The notes under the pieces: model-generated
Database searches by the model: none
Told to the model about the DNA's origin: nothing
Seen by the model: only the letters and a program-made list of their open reading frames with translations
Source of the DNA: Turneriella sp.
GTDB lineage: Bacteria; Spirochaetota; Leptospiria; Turneriellales; Turneriellaceae
NCBI GenBank assembly: GCA_965279515.1
Contig: CBDIID010000003.1
Location: 32,001-96,000 of the forward strand
Reading direction: 5' to 3'
DNA: 64,000 nucleotides
In this document: positions 38,380 to 48,570 of the stretch, piece after piece
How the letters are laid out: each line of letters opens with the position of its first letter
Position numbering within the stretch: the first letter of the stretch is position 1
Position numbers and translations under genes: made by a program

Positions 38380-39919
38380 GGGAATTCTCTGGAGTATTCT
38401 CTTGCCGGTTAGCATTATTGCCGCCGCCGCCACCACCACGACCGCCACGGCGCCCGCGGCGCCGGCGAGGTCGGTTGCCACCACCATCGCGGCCACCACC
38501 ACCGCTGTTGCGGCGAGGCTCGCTGGGGCGCGGACGCTCAGGCGGAGCTTCGTTGCCTTCTTCGGGGCCTTCGGCTATGTAATCTTTCTCGTCGATTTCC
38601 ATGCGTTCTACGGCATTTTTGCGAATCGATTCGGGCAATTTTTGCCTCAGGCCAATTTCCCAAAACAGGGCTTTTTGCAGCGCGTCTTCGTCATCGGCGG
38701 CGCGTGCGATGATCTTATAGACAATGAACGATTCCTGGAAAATCTTGCGCTGCTGGAACTCTTTCACCCAGCCTTTGCGCTCAGCGACGTTGCGGCGAAA
38801 GAGGTTCTGCGTTGAAAAAATCTGCATCAGCGTTTCATATTCGCGCTTTGTCAGCTGCACGTCTTTTTGCAGGGCCTGTAGCGCACCGCTGAGTTTGCGC
38901 TCGAGTGTCTTTTCGTGGTCTTTCTGGTTTTTGAGGATGATGTCCTGCAGCGAACCGGCGATGAGCAGGGCGTAGTAGATGTTCAGGTTCACATCTTCGT
39001 GTTCCTGGATCATACGGTCGGCGATCGCGAGGCGGCGGCCGAGACCCGTCTCCATGAACTGGTCGTCGTCGAGCAGCGGGTCTAATTTCTCGCCGCGCAC
39101 AACTGCCGGCATGAGGGTTTCCATGAGGCCTGAGTTGTTGAGCGACGCAAAGATTTTGGCTGCCTGGCCGCTGCGGAAAATTTTATTGTATTCTTCGTGC
39201 AGGCGTGAGGTGGATGCCTTTTTCAGGAGCCCCTTGTATTTCTGGATTGCCTTAAACGTCAGGGGGTCGAGGTCGAGCCCTAAAAGGGCGGCAAATTTTA
39301 CCGCGCGGTACATCCGCACCGGGTCTTCGGGGAATGAGATATCGGGGTTACCGATGACGCGCACAATGCGGTTCTGGATGTCTTCGAAGCCGCCTGTATA
39401 GTCGACGATCATCTCATTCTTAATGTCGAAGATGAGAGCGTTGATAGTGAAGTCGCGGCGCGCCGCATCTTCTTTGAAAGTGCCAAACTGGTTGTCGCGC
39501 TTCAGCAGAAGTTCATCGGAGTTCTTGGCCTCGGCACGGTTAGAAGGCAGCGAGCGCGCCGTCGAAACTTCGATGACCTTGTTGCCGCGGAACACGACAT
39601 GCACGAGGCGGAAACGGCGGCCAATGATGCGGCTGTTCGCGAACATGCGGCGCAACTCTTGCGGGTGCGCGTCGGTCACTACATCATAGTCCTTTGGTTT
39701 GCGGCCGAGCAGGTGGTCGCGTACGCTGCCACCGACGATATAGGCGCGGCAGCCCATCTGCTGAATGCGCTGCACGGTTTTGACGGCGTCCTGGTCTAGG
39801 TCAGCCACGCGGATATTGTGCTCTTCGCGCGGAATTTGCCGGGGTTTGGGGTAGCGGAGAATCTGGTCTGCGCTGAGGGCTTTTTTAAAGCCAAAAATCT
39901 TCAAAATTTTCTGAAACAT
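38357..39919 (-). CDS. pcnB: Poly(A) polymerase I
   Basis: VGGSVRD.LLG..PKDYDV, the PAP-specific IIGRRFRLVHV motif, RRDFTINA, EDPVRM.RA and an Arg/Gly-rich tail. Confidence 0.93.
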   Translation of the reverse strand: MFQKILKIFGFKKALSADQILRYPKPRQIPREEHNIRVADLDQDAVKTVQRIQQMGCRAYIVGGSVRDHLLGRKPKDYDVVTDAHPQELRRMFANSRIIGRRFRLVHVVFRGNKVIEVSTARSLPSNRAEAKNSDELLLKRDNQFGTFKEDAARRDFTINALIFDIKNEMIVDYTGGFEDIQNRIVRVIGNPDISFPEDPVRMYRAVKFAALLGLDLDPLTFKAIQKYKGLLKKASTSRLHEEYNKIFRSGQAAKIFASLNNSGLMETLMPAVVRGEKLDPLLDDDQFMETGLGRRLAIADRMIQEHEDVNLNIYYALLIAGSLQDIILKNQKDHEKTLERKLSGALQALQKDVQLTKREYETLMQIFSTQNLFRRNVAERKGWVKEFQQRKIFQESFIVYKIIARAADDEDALQKALFWEIGLRQKLPESIRKNAVERMEIDEKDYIAEGPEEGNEAPPERPRPSEPRRNSGGGGRDGGGNRPRRRRGRRGGRGGGGGGNNANRQENTPENSHATADIP

Positions 39920-40273
39920 CTGAAATCAAGGTCCTTCTCTATCGAGTATTCCACCATTCAGGGGGAAACAGTATTGGGCGCGGGGGTGAAAAAGTCAAAA
40001 TCAGGGGCTTTTCAGGATTGCGAAAAGCGTATGCCAGATCGCGCATGCTACAGGAATGCGGGACCTTTTCGACCGGCTCTACGGCATAATAATAAAAGGA
40101 GACAGGTTCTCAACCTTTATCTTGTTTTGGCGGGGTATCTGGCCCAGGCTGCCGCCCGATGCTCACCAGGAGGAATTCCCCCTAAAAAAAATGAGCACTT
40201 GAGGCAATCCCGGAATCTCTACCTGCTGCAGCGTGTATTTGAACGTGAAAATCCGCGCCGCAGGAGAATTAAA

Positions 40274-41356
40274 ATGAAAAACCAGATTTTGAACCATGCC
40301 GTTTTCGTAGTGGTTTCGGGTGTTCTGGCGGCGTGTGCCGGCAGTGCGAACGTGGAACCGCAGAGCAATCTGCAAAAAGCCGCCCGCGGCGAAGCGACTG
40401 CAACCGAGGTCGCGGATGCCATAAAGGAGGCAAAAACCGCCACAACTGTTTTGCCGCAACTCACCAGTATGACGCCTGCCAGTGGCAGCATCTTTACCAT
40501 GCCCGATACCCGCAAAATTGCCGCTGCGCTCAGGGGTAACAGCGCCGCCTGGCGCAGCGAACTCTATTTGCAGGCGGGTGACCGCAACCTGCGCCTGATT
40601 GCCGATACGCGCCAGGGACCCTTGAACAAAGAAAGTGAATATGCTTTCGTCGAGGGCACAGCGATCAATTTTTACATTGTGACACATACACCGGCGGGGG
40701 ATTTCACCTTTTACGCCAATGGCAGCCATGGCAGGGTAACCAAAAACGGTGCAACGTACACGATCGCCTTTGAAGATAAACCCGAGGGCATTCCGGGCTT
40801 AGGCGAACCGGATTGGGATTTCAACGACGTCGTCGTCGACGTAACGCTGAGGCAGCCACAGGTAGTCGATTTAACCGGCAACTTTGATATTGCCGTGGAT
40901 TACCTCGATCACCATGGTCTCAATTACCAGGGATATCCGATTTATTACATCGGCGAGACGATGAAATACAAAGTCGCGCTCAAGGTGCGTTCGAACAGCG
41001 AATATTTTGCCGGCAAAAAATTCCGCGTCTATGCGCTGCATGAATATTTTGAGGATATCACCTCGAACCGCTACTGGTACCCTTCACCGCCTCGGCCGGC
41101 CAATGAACCGCAGATCATTTCTGTCAAAAAGGGCGATCCGCTGCCAGGCCAGGACCCGCTCCACAGCTGGAAAGATCTTGCGTTCGCCGCGGGCGCACAG
41201 TTTAACCTGCTCGGTTCATACACGAGCCCCTTGTCAATCGCTGCCGGCAACGACCAGACACACATTCTGATCGTGCGCGAAAACGATCAGGGGCAGATTG
41301 AGTTTGTGGTATTCGATAATCCGCAGGCCGGTGTTTTCGATCCACCGGCAAATTAA
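40274..41356 (+). CDS. Lipoprotein with DUF4114-like FED...D.DFND motif
   Basis: AGGAG SD before ATG 40274, lipobox LAA-C, FEDKPEG...DWDFNDVVV. Confidence 0.75.
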   Translation: MKNQILNHAVFVVVSGVLAACAGSANVEPQSNLQKAARGEATATEVADAIKEAKTATTVLPQLTSMTPASGSIFTMPDTRKIAAALRGNSAAWRSELYLQAGDRNLRLIADTRQGPLNKESEYAFVEGTAINFYIVTHTPAGDFTFYANGSHGRVTKNGATYTIAFEDKPEGIPGLGEPDWDFNDVVVDVTLRQPQVVDLTGNFDIAVDYLDHHGLNYQGYPIYYIGETMKYKVALKVRSNSEYFAGKKFRVYALHEYFEDITSNRYWYPSPPRPANEPQIISVKKGDPLPGQDPLHSWKDLAFAAGAQFNLLGSYTSPLSIAAGNDQTHILIVRENDQGQIEFVVFDNPQAGVFDPPAN

Positions 41357-41370
41357 TTGATTCGAATTCA

Positions 41371-41508
41371 GGGGGTTGTCTAAAAAGGCGCAAGAAAACC
41401 GAAAGCTTCGAAAATCGCTTTGCGATTTCCTGCTAAAGCGGCCGAAGCGGCCTGCTTTCGGTTTTCTTTTCGGCCGTTCGCGCCGAATACGCGCCTTTTT
41501 AGCCCCCC
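41371..41508. mobile_element. MITE-like structured element with terminal inverted repeats
   Basis: GGGGG..CTAAAAAGGCGC / GCGCCTTTTTAG-CCCCC ends, with nested internal hairpins. Confidence 0.55.
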
Positions 41509-41997
41509 TTAATCTTTATCGACAAGAGTAAAATGGCGGATGACCTTCAGCGAGTTGAGTTTCTCGTCTGAAAAAACCGCCTTCACCCGTGCGCCGATCC
41601 AAAGTCTCGATTCGTCTTCGGGCACTTCAATGAAGTGCTGAAAGTTGTTATCTGCGCCATCGAGTTTGAAGAAACCATAACCGTAAGGCACCGGCTTTTT
41701 TTCACCGGTTTCCGGATCTAAAAACTGAAAACGCAGGATCGTAAAGCTGACAATCTTACCTTCGCTCGCCACAGGCACAAGCTCAGTCATTTCGGTATAG
41801 CAGGGGCCACAGACCTGGCGCGGCGGCACGTAGACCTTTTTGCACTTTGGGCATTTAATACCGAGAATGCGGTGGTGGTCGCGCAGCTCGGCGAGAAACT
41901 TACTTCCGTAAAGGCCCACCGCATAGTTATACGGCTGCGAGCCCTCGCCGGAGGACATCGTAAAGAGACCTTGTTTATTTTCTTCTGTCGCGCTCAT
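41509..41997 (-). CDS. Zn-ribbon/OB-fold protein (DUF35/ChsH2-like)
   Basis: CPKC..VYVPPR..C.PC, GKIVSFT, PYGYG..KLDGAD, IGARVKAVF. Confidence 0.9.
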   Translation of the reverse strand: MSATEENKQGLFTMSSGEGSQPYNYAVGLYGSKFLAELRDHHRILGIKCPKCKKVYVPPRQVCGPCYTEMTELVPVASEGKIVSFTILRFQFLDPETGEKKPVPYGYGFFKLDGADNNFQHFIEVPEDESRLWIGARVKAVFSDEKLNSLKVIRHFTLVDKD

Positions 41998-43154
41998 GGT
42001 TTTTTTGCTCCAAAGAGAAGTAGATCGGTCCAGAAACAACCGCCGAAACCGGTGGCGAGAGCAAGGTCGACTTTGCCGCCCTTGACCTGGCGCGCATCGG
42101 CGCGGCCCTGTACTTGTAAGGTGGCTTCCGCAACGCGGATGAGCGCCGTCGCGCCAATGGGGTTACCGCAGATCGGGCCACCTGATGGGTTGATCGGCAG
42201 CTCGCCATCCATATCCGTGACGCCATCCCAGAGAAGTTTCGGACCTTCACCCGGCTTGCAGAGTCCCAGTGACTCAATCCAGCTAAGGCCGGCATAAGAG
42301 TAAGGAAGATACATTTCAATCACGTCGAGTTGTTTGAGTGGGTCGGTGATCCCGGTTTTGCCAAAAAGTTCTTTTGAGGCATGCACCATGGATTGCAGGC
42401 CGTCGAGTTCGACGTCGGCCGTCATCGCTGCATTGTGGCGTACCGAGGTGCCCAGGACCCAAGCCGGTTTGTCGCAGATTTTTTCAGCGACCGATTCTTC
42501 GGCAAAGATCACGGCGCAGGCGCCATCGGTGCGCGGGCACATGTCGAGCCAGTGCAGGGGATCGGCAATGAGTGGCGATCCCATGACCTGCTTCACGGTC
42601 GTTTCTTTTTGCACATGGGCAAAGGGATTATTCGCGCCGTTCTTGCGGTCACGCACAACGACGCGCGCGGCGTCTTCTTTCTTGTGGTTATAACGTGCGA
42701 GGTAGGCCTGCGCCTCGACGGCAAGGCCGCCGATGGCTCCCGCAAAAACCAAACGATCCCAGATGGGATCGAACGCTGTGGTGATCGCGGCTGTCGTATC
42801 GGATTCGGTATTCTTTTCCCAGCCGATGACCAGGAGTTTCGAGAACATGCCCGAGGCGACGAGGTGATAGCCGCCGATGGCGAGGGTTGTGCCTGTTGTG
42901 CCACCAGTTGTGAGTTTAATGACGGGTTTCATTGTGCCGCCGGTGCCCGGGGCCGACCACGAATCGACATAGTTAATGCCTTCGAAGTGGTCCATGTTGC
43001 CGATGACGATGCCGTCGATGTCGTCGATGGTGAGCTGCGCCGCCGTGAGCGCACGGTTCACCGCTTCGGCGATGAGCTCTTGCCCGTTGACGTCGGCGCG
43101 GCCGCCGGTGTGGTATGTCTGGCCTGAGCCAATGACTGCTACTTTACGCGCCAT
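41994..43154 (-). CDS. Thiolase-family protein lacking catalytic Cys (Ltp3-like aldolase subunit)
   Basis: KLTTGGTTGTT in place of xxxCASG, DGACAVIFA, IEMYLPYS, PINPSGG...NPIGATALIR. Confidence 0.85.
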   Translation of the reverse strand: MARKVAVIGSGQTYHTGGRADVNGQELIAEAVNRALTAAQLTIDDIDGIVIGNMDHFEGINYVDSWSAPGTGGTMKPVIKLTTGGTTGTTLAIGGYHLVASGMFSKLLVIGWEKNTESDTTAAITTAFDPIWDRLVFAGAIGGLAVEAQAYLARYNHKKEDAARVVVRDRKNGANNPFAHVQKETTVKQVMGSPLIADPLHWLDMCPRTDGACAVIFAEESVAEKICDKPAWVLGTSVRHNAAMTADVELDGLQSMVHASKELFGKTGITDPLKQLDVIEMYLPYSYAGLSWIESLGLCKPGEGPKLLWDGVTDMDGELPINPSGGPICGNPIGATALIRVAEATLQVQGRADARQVKGGKVDLALATGFGGCFWTDLLLFGAKKP

Positions 43155-43173
43155 AGAAGCTCCTGATCAAAAA

Positions 43174-43252
43174 CGCAAAGGTCGCAAAGTTTCGCAAAGT
43201 GGGCAAAGAAATCTGTTTCTTAAACTTTGCGTAACTCCGCGTACTTTGCGGT
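43174..43252. repeat. Inverted tandem heptamer repeat element (CGCAAAG units, then CTTTGCG units)
   Basis: cgcaaag-gt-cgcaaag-ttt-cgcaaag-tg-ggcaaag ... ctttgcg-taa-ctccgcg-ta-ctttgcg. Confidence 0.75.
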
Positions 43253-43271
43253 GCTGTCCTGAGTATGCCTT

Positions 43272-44429
43272 TCATATTGAGCTCCCTAAAACCCAAACAC
43301 AATGCGCCTGCGCGCACGGTCCATTGATTCCATGCGCAAGTGCGGTATTCACCTTCTTCGGAACCTGGTGTGCGCCCGCGTCACCGCGTATCTGCAGCGA
43401 CGCCTCAATCATGCGGATGAGCCCCGCAGTGATGACAGCATGCGCCGATAAAACTCCGCCCGAGGCGTTCACGGGCAAAGCGCCGCTCATTTGGGTCGCG
43501 CCGCTTTTCATGAATTCGGCGCCTTTGCCTTCGCCGCAAAAGCCGAGGCCTTCATACCACATGAGTTCCATATAGGAGAAGGCGTCATAGATTTCCGCGA
43601 GATCGATATCTTTCGCCGGGTTTTTAATCCCCGCAATCTGGTAGGTCTTTTCAGCCGCAAGTTTGAGTGCGGGTGATCGGGCGAGATCGCGCAGGCCCAG
43701 GTCATAGGCGTCGGAATAAAAGGCTGTGCCCTTGATATAGACAGGTTTTGCCTTGCCGCCTTTAATTTTCCGCGTGAATTCATCCCCCGCAATAATCATC
43801 GCAGCGGCGCCGTCGGTGATGGGTGAGATGTCATAGAGCTTCAGCGGGTCGGCGTATTTTTTCGACTTCATGACGTCGTCGACGCTGATCTTTTTCGCGA
43901 TCTGTGCGAGGGGATTGGCTAGGGCATTGCCGTGGTTCTTCACCGAGACTGCGGCAAAATCTTCTTCGGTTGCGCCAAACGCATTCATGTACGAACGCGC
44001 CTGCATGGCGGCCGATGTAATATTGTCGAGGCCCAACGGCCGTGTGAAGATCGGCTCAAACATGCCGTTCGTGATCAGGTTGGTATCGCTCTCAGAGCCC
44101 TTGCTGTGCGCGACGATCAGCGTGTTTTTATACGAACCCGAGAGAATGCGCGACAAGGCGTAGTAGGCGCCAAAGGTACCATCGCCCTCGACGGTCGACA
44201 CGTTCTTTTCGTAGGCGCCGGCGACGTCTTGCACCGCCATCGACGAGATGGTACGGCCGTCCCAGAAGTCGTTCGAAACCGTGATGACATTGTCGATATC
44301 TTTGATTTCGACATCGGCATCTTTGAGCGCCAGCTGCGTGGCCTCGTAGACCATCTCGGCAAAGTTCTGGTGTTTTTTATTGCGTTCTTGTTTTGTTTGG
44401 CCGACACCGATAATAGCGGTTTTTTCCAT
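43272..44429 (-). CDS. Thiolase-family protein lacking catalytic Cys (Ltp4-like aldolase subunit)
   Basis: SNDFWDGR, TVEGDGTFGAYYA, VKNH.NA..NP.A, SPITDGAAA, AEIYDAFS, VNASGG.L. Confidence 0.85.
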   Translation of the reverse strand: MEKTAIIGVGQTKQERNKKHQNFAEMVYEATQLALKDADVEIKDIDNVITVSNDFWDGRTISSMAVQDVAGAYEKNVSTVEGDGTFGAYYALSRILSGSYKNTLIVAHSKGSESDTNLITNGMFEPIFTRPLGLDNITSAAMQARSYMNAFGATEEDFAAVSVKNHGNALANPLAQIAKKISVDDVMKSKKYADPLKLYDISPITDGAAAMIIAGDEFTRKIKGGKAKPVYIKGTAFYSDAYDLGLRDLARSPALKLAAEKTYQIAGIKNPAKDIDLAEIYDAFSYMELMWYEGLGFCGEGKGAEFMKSGATQMSGALPVNASGGVLSAHAVITAGLIRMIEASLQIRGDAGAHQVPKKVNTALAHGINGPCAQAHCVWVLGSSI

Positions 44430-44452
44430 CAGTGATTCCTCTTAGCCAACTT

Positions 44453-44472
44453 GTGCTGAGCTTGTCGAAGCA
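44453..44472. repeat. REP-like motif GTGCTGAGCTTGTCGAAGCA
   Basis: Resembles the widespread TGAGCTTGTCGAAG short intergenic repeat family. Single copy in this window. Confidence 0.5.
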
Positions 44473-44493
44473 TGATTGCTGTTTTTTCCATAA

Positions 44494-44952
44494 TTATGCC
44501 GGCTTAAAATACTGGATATCCAGAATGTGACCTTCACGGTTTTCGCGGAACACCGGCTGCACGCGCATGCCAGTCTTGACCTTGTCGAACGAGACCTCGC
44601 CCAAAAGATGCGGCAGGGCCTGTGTGGCGCCGTCTAAAAGAATAAGCGCGTAGATACGCGGGGCATCCGCCGCAGCAGCGAGGCTGTCATAGTGGCGCTG
44701 CGTGAAAGTCTGCACCGTGCCCGTGCCCGGGAGTTCAAGCCATTCGGTGATCGGCTTCAGGGAATAGGGGGAGTTGAGTTTCGGGGGACAGAAGATCTGC
44801 CCGGTTTGCGGGCATTTGTTTGCGAGAATTTTTTTATCGTCGCGCAGCGCCTTTAGGAAGCGTGAACCAGTCTCGCCGACAGACCAGGTATACGGCACCT
44901 TGATCTTACTGTGGTGGACAAGGGGCTCCACCGAATTACGCCAATCACTCAT
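44494..44952 (-). CDS. Zn-ribbon/OB-fold protein (DUF35-like), degenerate Zn ligands
   Basis: YTWSVGETGSRFL, CPQTG..FCPP...SP, GTVQTFT, LLDGA...LPHLL, GMRVQPVF. Confidence 0.88.
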   Translation of the reverse strand: MSDWRNSVEPLVHHSKIKVPYTWSVGETGSRFLKALRDDKKILANKCPQTGQIFCPPKLNSPYSLKPITEWLELPGTGTVQTFTQRHYDSLAAAADAPRIYALILLDGATQALPHLLGEVSFDKVKTGMRVQPVFRENREGHILDIQYFKPA

Positions 44953-45054
44953 AGCGGGTACATTGAAAAAAACCGGACATTGTGGAAATAAAAACTAATG
45001 CGCAAATTCTGTAATCCTTTACGGCCTGTTTACCATTCTACCGTCGTGTAATCT

Positions 45055-46506
45055 ATGAAACCTGGTTTCGCCCTTAAATGCGCTTCGCTCACGTCATTAG
45101 TAATCACTTTGGTACTACCCGTGAATGCGCAGCTAAAACCCAAAAAGGCCCCACAACCTAAAGCGACCGCTGCAAAACCCGCAACTGTCACAGCTCCGGT
45201 TGTGGCTGCTACACCGGTTGCACCAGTAGCTACCGCCACGCAGCCCGCGGCGAATCAGGAAAAATGGTATGACAGCGTCAAAATCTCCGGCATGATCCGT
45301 GTGCGTCCCGAAGTTAAGGATAACTTCGCCTTCGACGGCGATCAGAAGTATAGCTTCGTCGGTCAAAAGGTCTGGCTGACGGCAGAAAAGGAATTTGCTG
45401 ATAAAAGTAAGGCTGTCATTACCTTACAAGATGTGCGTATCTGGGGCGGCCAGAACCCTTCGATCACCGACACAGGCACCGAGCGGCAAGCCACAGATAT
45501 CCGCGAAGCATACCTCAACCTCAAAAATTTTCTCTGGAGCCCGTTTGACCTCAAGATCGGCCGCCAGAAACTCGAATACGGCGAGCAGATGCTGGTCGGT
45601 TCTCTTGACTGGGCGAACGTGGGGCGCTCATTCGACGGCGCGAAACTCATCTGGGAGACGCAGCATAATAATTTGCAGATTTTTACGACCTTTGTTCAGG
45701 GCTCGCGTTCCAACGATCTCAACAATGCTGCGAGTCCCCTCAATACCAAAAATGTTTATTTTAGCGGCATCTATAATGCCTGGAAAATCCACCGCGCCTT
45801 CATGCTCGATACCTTTATTTTTGCGCGGAATGAAGAAGGCGTTGATCGCAATGCCAACCAGCTCTACACGTATGGCATCCGCATGAGTAACCGCACCGAC
45901 CCGGGCAATAAAACCCCCAAGGATATGCTGATCGATTATTCACTCGACGTGGCCTATCAGGGCGGCCAGCGCCTCGGTGAAGAAATTCAGGCGTATGCCG
46001 CCGTGGGTTTTCTCGGCCTCAACTTCAATACAGGCAGCCTCGTGCGTATGCGCGTCGGCGGGCAGGGCGCCTATGCGAGCGGCGACACCGATGCGAGCGA
46101 CGGCAAGTACCAGACCTTTGACGCGCTCTATCCCACGCCGCACTACCAGTTTGGCACCGCCGACATGACCAGCTGGAGAAACCTCACCGGCTGGGGTGTG
46201 GACTATACGATCTGGTTCGGCCCTGATTTCAGCATCAAACTCGATTACTGGTATGCTATGCGTTCCAGCACCGCCGACTACTGGTATGCAGTTTCCGGCG
46301 CTGCCTACACGACAACGCCCATCGCATCCCTGGGCGGCGAGCGCGAGCTCTATCAGGAAGCCGATGTGACGATCAACTACAAGGCGCGGGATTTCCTCGC
46401 TTTCCAGGCGGGCTATTCCTATGCAATGCGCGGCAAGGCGATGACCGCGGCAGGCAAAAGCGGCGATTACCAGTTTGCGTACCTGATGTCTACGCTGACA
46501 TTCTGA
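45055..46506 (+). CDS. Alginate-export (AlgE-like) outer-membrane beta-barrel
   Basis: Signal peptide, LQDVRIWG, IGRQ.L.YG...LVGSLDW.N.GRSFDG, ASGD...FD.LYPT.H..FG.AD and C-terminal F. Confidence 0.85.
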   Translation: MKPGFALKCASLTSLVITLVLPVNAQLKPKKAPQPKATAAKPATVTAPVVAATPVAPVATATQPAANQEKWYDSVKISGMIRVRPEVKDNFAFDGDQKYSFVGQKVWLTAEKEFADKSKAVITLQDVRIWGGQNPSITDTGTERQATDIREAYLNLKNFLWSPFDLKIGRQKLEYGEQMLVGSLDWANVGRSFDGAKLIWETQHNNLQIFTTFVQGSRSNDLNNAASPLNTKNVYFSGIYNAWKIHRAFMLDTFIFARNEEGVDRNANQLYTYGIRMSNRTDPGNKTPKDMLIDYSLDVAYQGGQRLGEEIQAYAAVGFLGLNFNTGSLVRMRVGGQGAYASGDTDASDGKYQTFDALYPTPHYQFGTADMTSWRNLTGWGVDYTIWFGPDFSIKLDYWYAMRSSTADYWYAVSGAAYTTTPIASLGGERELYQEADVTINYKARDFLAFQAGYSYAMRGKAMTAAGKSGDYQFAYLMSTLTF

Positions 46507-46507
46507 T

Positions 46508-47077
46508 ATGTTACTTGCAGTCTTTGACTTTCTCGTCGCCGCGACAGCCGCTTTTGCCGCGATACGGGCGCATCGCCGCAGCGCGGTGGATGTCTTCACG
46601 CAGGCGGGTTATGCCGCCGTCATGGTCGCGGCGCTCATCGGCACGGTTAAATTTTCAGCAATGCCACAGCTCGCCAGCTTACATGCCATTGCATCGCATG
46701 TCGCCGCCATCATCGGCGTGCCGTTTGCAGCAGTGGGATTTCTTATATTAAAGAGGGAAATCCGACTTTGGGCTATTGCTGCCATTGCGGCCCTATTCGT
46801 CGCCGCAGCGGTATTCTTCTGGAATTCACCCACCTATGCGCTGATTGTGGGCATCTTCGCGCAAGCGCTCTGGCTCTGGGGCGGCATACTGCGGCGTGAT
46901 GAAAGCCGTATCTTATTGCGCGTGGTCATTTCTGTCGTGCTGACATCAGCCGCGGGGCTGCTGTTTGCGGGCCCGGGGCTGTGGCACGGAATAGAAAGAG
47001 AGAACATCTTCCACGGCCTGTTGGCCTTGGCTCTGCTGCAGCAGGCTTATGCCTTTGGGACTCCCAAAACTGAATAG
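46508..47077 (+). CDS. Multi-pass membrane protein of unknown function
   Basis: About 7 hydrophobic segments, GTVKF, NIFH. Confidence 0.7.
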   Translation: MLLAVFDFLVAATAAFAAIRAHRRSAVDVFTQAGYAAVMVAALIGTVKFSAMPQLASLHAIASHVAAIIGVPFAAVGFLILKREIRLWAIAAIAALFVAAAVFFWNSPTYALIVGIFAQALWLWGGILRRDESRILLRVVISVVLTSAAGLLFAGPGLWHGIERENIFHGLLALALLQQAYAFGTPKTE

Positions 47078-47080
47078 GGC

Positions 47081-47118
47081 TTGACGATACATCGATACAT
47101 CTAAATGTATCGATGTAT
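47081..47118 (+). promoter_or_regulatory. ahcY promoter with perfect 14-4-14 palindromic operator
   Basis: TTGACG is followed by ATACATCGATACAT-ctaa-ATGTATCGATGTAT, which abuts ATG 47119. Confidence 0.7.
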
Positions 47119-48570
47119 ATGAAAACTCCAGAAACAACCACAGCCAGTGGTGCTGGCTCAACCAGCGCCCAGGATTATAAAGTTGCCGACATCTCACTCG
47201 CCGAGTGGGGCCGCAAAGAACTCGATATCGCCGAGCATGAAATGCCGGGCCTGATGTCGCTGCGCAAAAAGTATGGCGCCGAAAAGCCCTTGAAAGGCGC
47301 AAAGATCATGGGTTCACTCCACATGACTATCCAGACTGCGGTTCTCATCGAAACGCTGAAAGCATTGGGCGCGGATGTCCGCTGGTGCTCGTGCAATATT
47401 TTCTCCACACAAGACCACGCCGCCGCAGCCATCGCGAAAGCCGGCATTCCCGTCTACGCCTGGAAAGGCGAAACTCTCGAAGAATACTGGTGGTGTACTG
47501 AGCAGGCACTGACCTGGCCAGACGGTTCAGGCCCCGACCTCATTGTCGACGACGGTGGCGATGCCACGATGCTGATCCATGACGGCACCAAAGCGGAGAA
47601 AGACCCCAAATTCGTCACCCAGGCAACAGACAACAAAGAATACAAAATTGTCCTGAACCTCATCGGCGAAAGCCTGAAAAAAAGCCCGGACAAATGGACT
47701 AAAATCGGCAAAGCAGTACGCGGTGTTTCTGAAGAAACCACAACGGGTGTAAAACGCCTCTATTCGATGATGGAGAAGGGCGAACTGCTTTTCCCAGCCA
47801 TCAACGTCAACGACTCTGTCACAAAGTCTAAATTCGACAACCTTTACGGTTGCCGCGAATCACTCGCCGACGGTATCAAGCGTGCGACAGACACCATGAT
47901 CGCGGGCAAGGTTGCCTTCATCGCCGGTTATGGCGACGTGGGTAAGGGCTCGGCACAATCTATGCGCAATTTTGGCGCACGTGTGATCGTCTCTGAAATC
48001 GACCCGATCTGCGCACTGCAGGCAGCGATGGAAGGCTACCAGGTAGCACCGATCGAAGATGCACTCGCCTCAGCAGATATCTATGTGACAACAACCGGTA
48101 ACAAAGACATCATCACGCTCGATCACATTTTGAAAATGAAAGACCAGGCGATTATCTGTAACATTGGTCACTTCGACAATGAGATCCAGATCGAAGCGCT
48201 GGATAACCTCAAGGGTGTTCAGAAGATCAACATCAAGCCCCAGTACGACAAGTACGTGCTGCCGAATGGTAAGACTGTATACATGCTGGCAGAAGGCCGC
48301 CTTGTGAACCTCGGTTGCGCAACGGGTCACCCATCCTTCGTGATGAGTAACTCATTCACGAACCAGACGCTGGCACAGATCGACCTCTGGAAAAACAAGG
48401 ACACAAACAAGATCGACGTCACACGCCTTTCCAAAGTCCTCGACGAAGAAGTCGCGCGTCTGCACCTCGAGCGCATCGGTGTGAAACTGACCAAGCTCAC
48501 GAAAGAGCAGGCAGATTACATCGGCGTCGACCAGGCGGGCCCATATAAGCCGGAGCATTACCGGTATTAA
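47119..48570 (+). CDS. ahcY: Adenosylhomocysteinase
   Basis: [82 protein letters not shown]. Confidence 0.99.
   Translation: MKTPETTTASGAGSTSAQDYKVADISLAEWGRKELDIAEHEMPGLMSLRKKYGAEKPLKGAKIMGSLHMTIQTAVLIETLKALGADVRWCSCNIFSTQDHAAAAIAKAGIPVYAWKGETLEEYWWCTEQALTWPDGSGPDLIVDDGGDATMLIHDGTKAEKDPKFVTQATDNKEYKIVLNLIGESLKKSPDKWTKIGKAVRGVSEETTTGVKRLYSMMEKGELLFPAINVNDSVTKSKFDNLYGCRESLADGIKRATDTMIAGKVAFIAGYGDVGKGSAQSMRNFGARVIVSEIDPICALQAAMEGYQVAPIEDALASADIYVTTTGNKDIITLDHILKMKDQAIICNIGHFDNEIQIEALDNLKGVQKINIKPQYDKYVLPNGKTVYMLAEGRLVNLGCATGHPSFVMSNSFTNQTLAQIDLWKNKDTNKIDVTRLSKVLDEEVARLHLERIGVKLTKLTKEQADYIGVDQAGPYKPEHYRY

Noticed and set aside
39818..40273. N-terminal 152-aa extension of the lipoprotein ORF, or a riboswitch in this leader
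   Set aside because: It overlaps the pcnB start, and the SD and lipoprotein signal begin at 40274. Only weak hairpins are present, with no recognisable aptamer.
47078..47118. SAH/SAM riboswitch upstream of ahcY
   Set aside because: Only about 41 nt of intergenic space, fully occupied by the promoter and palindrome.
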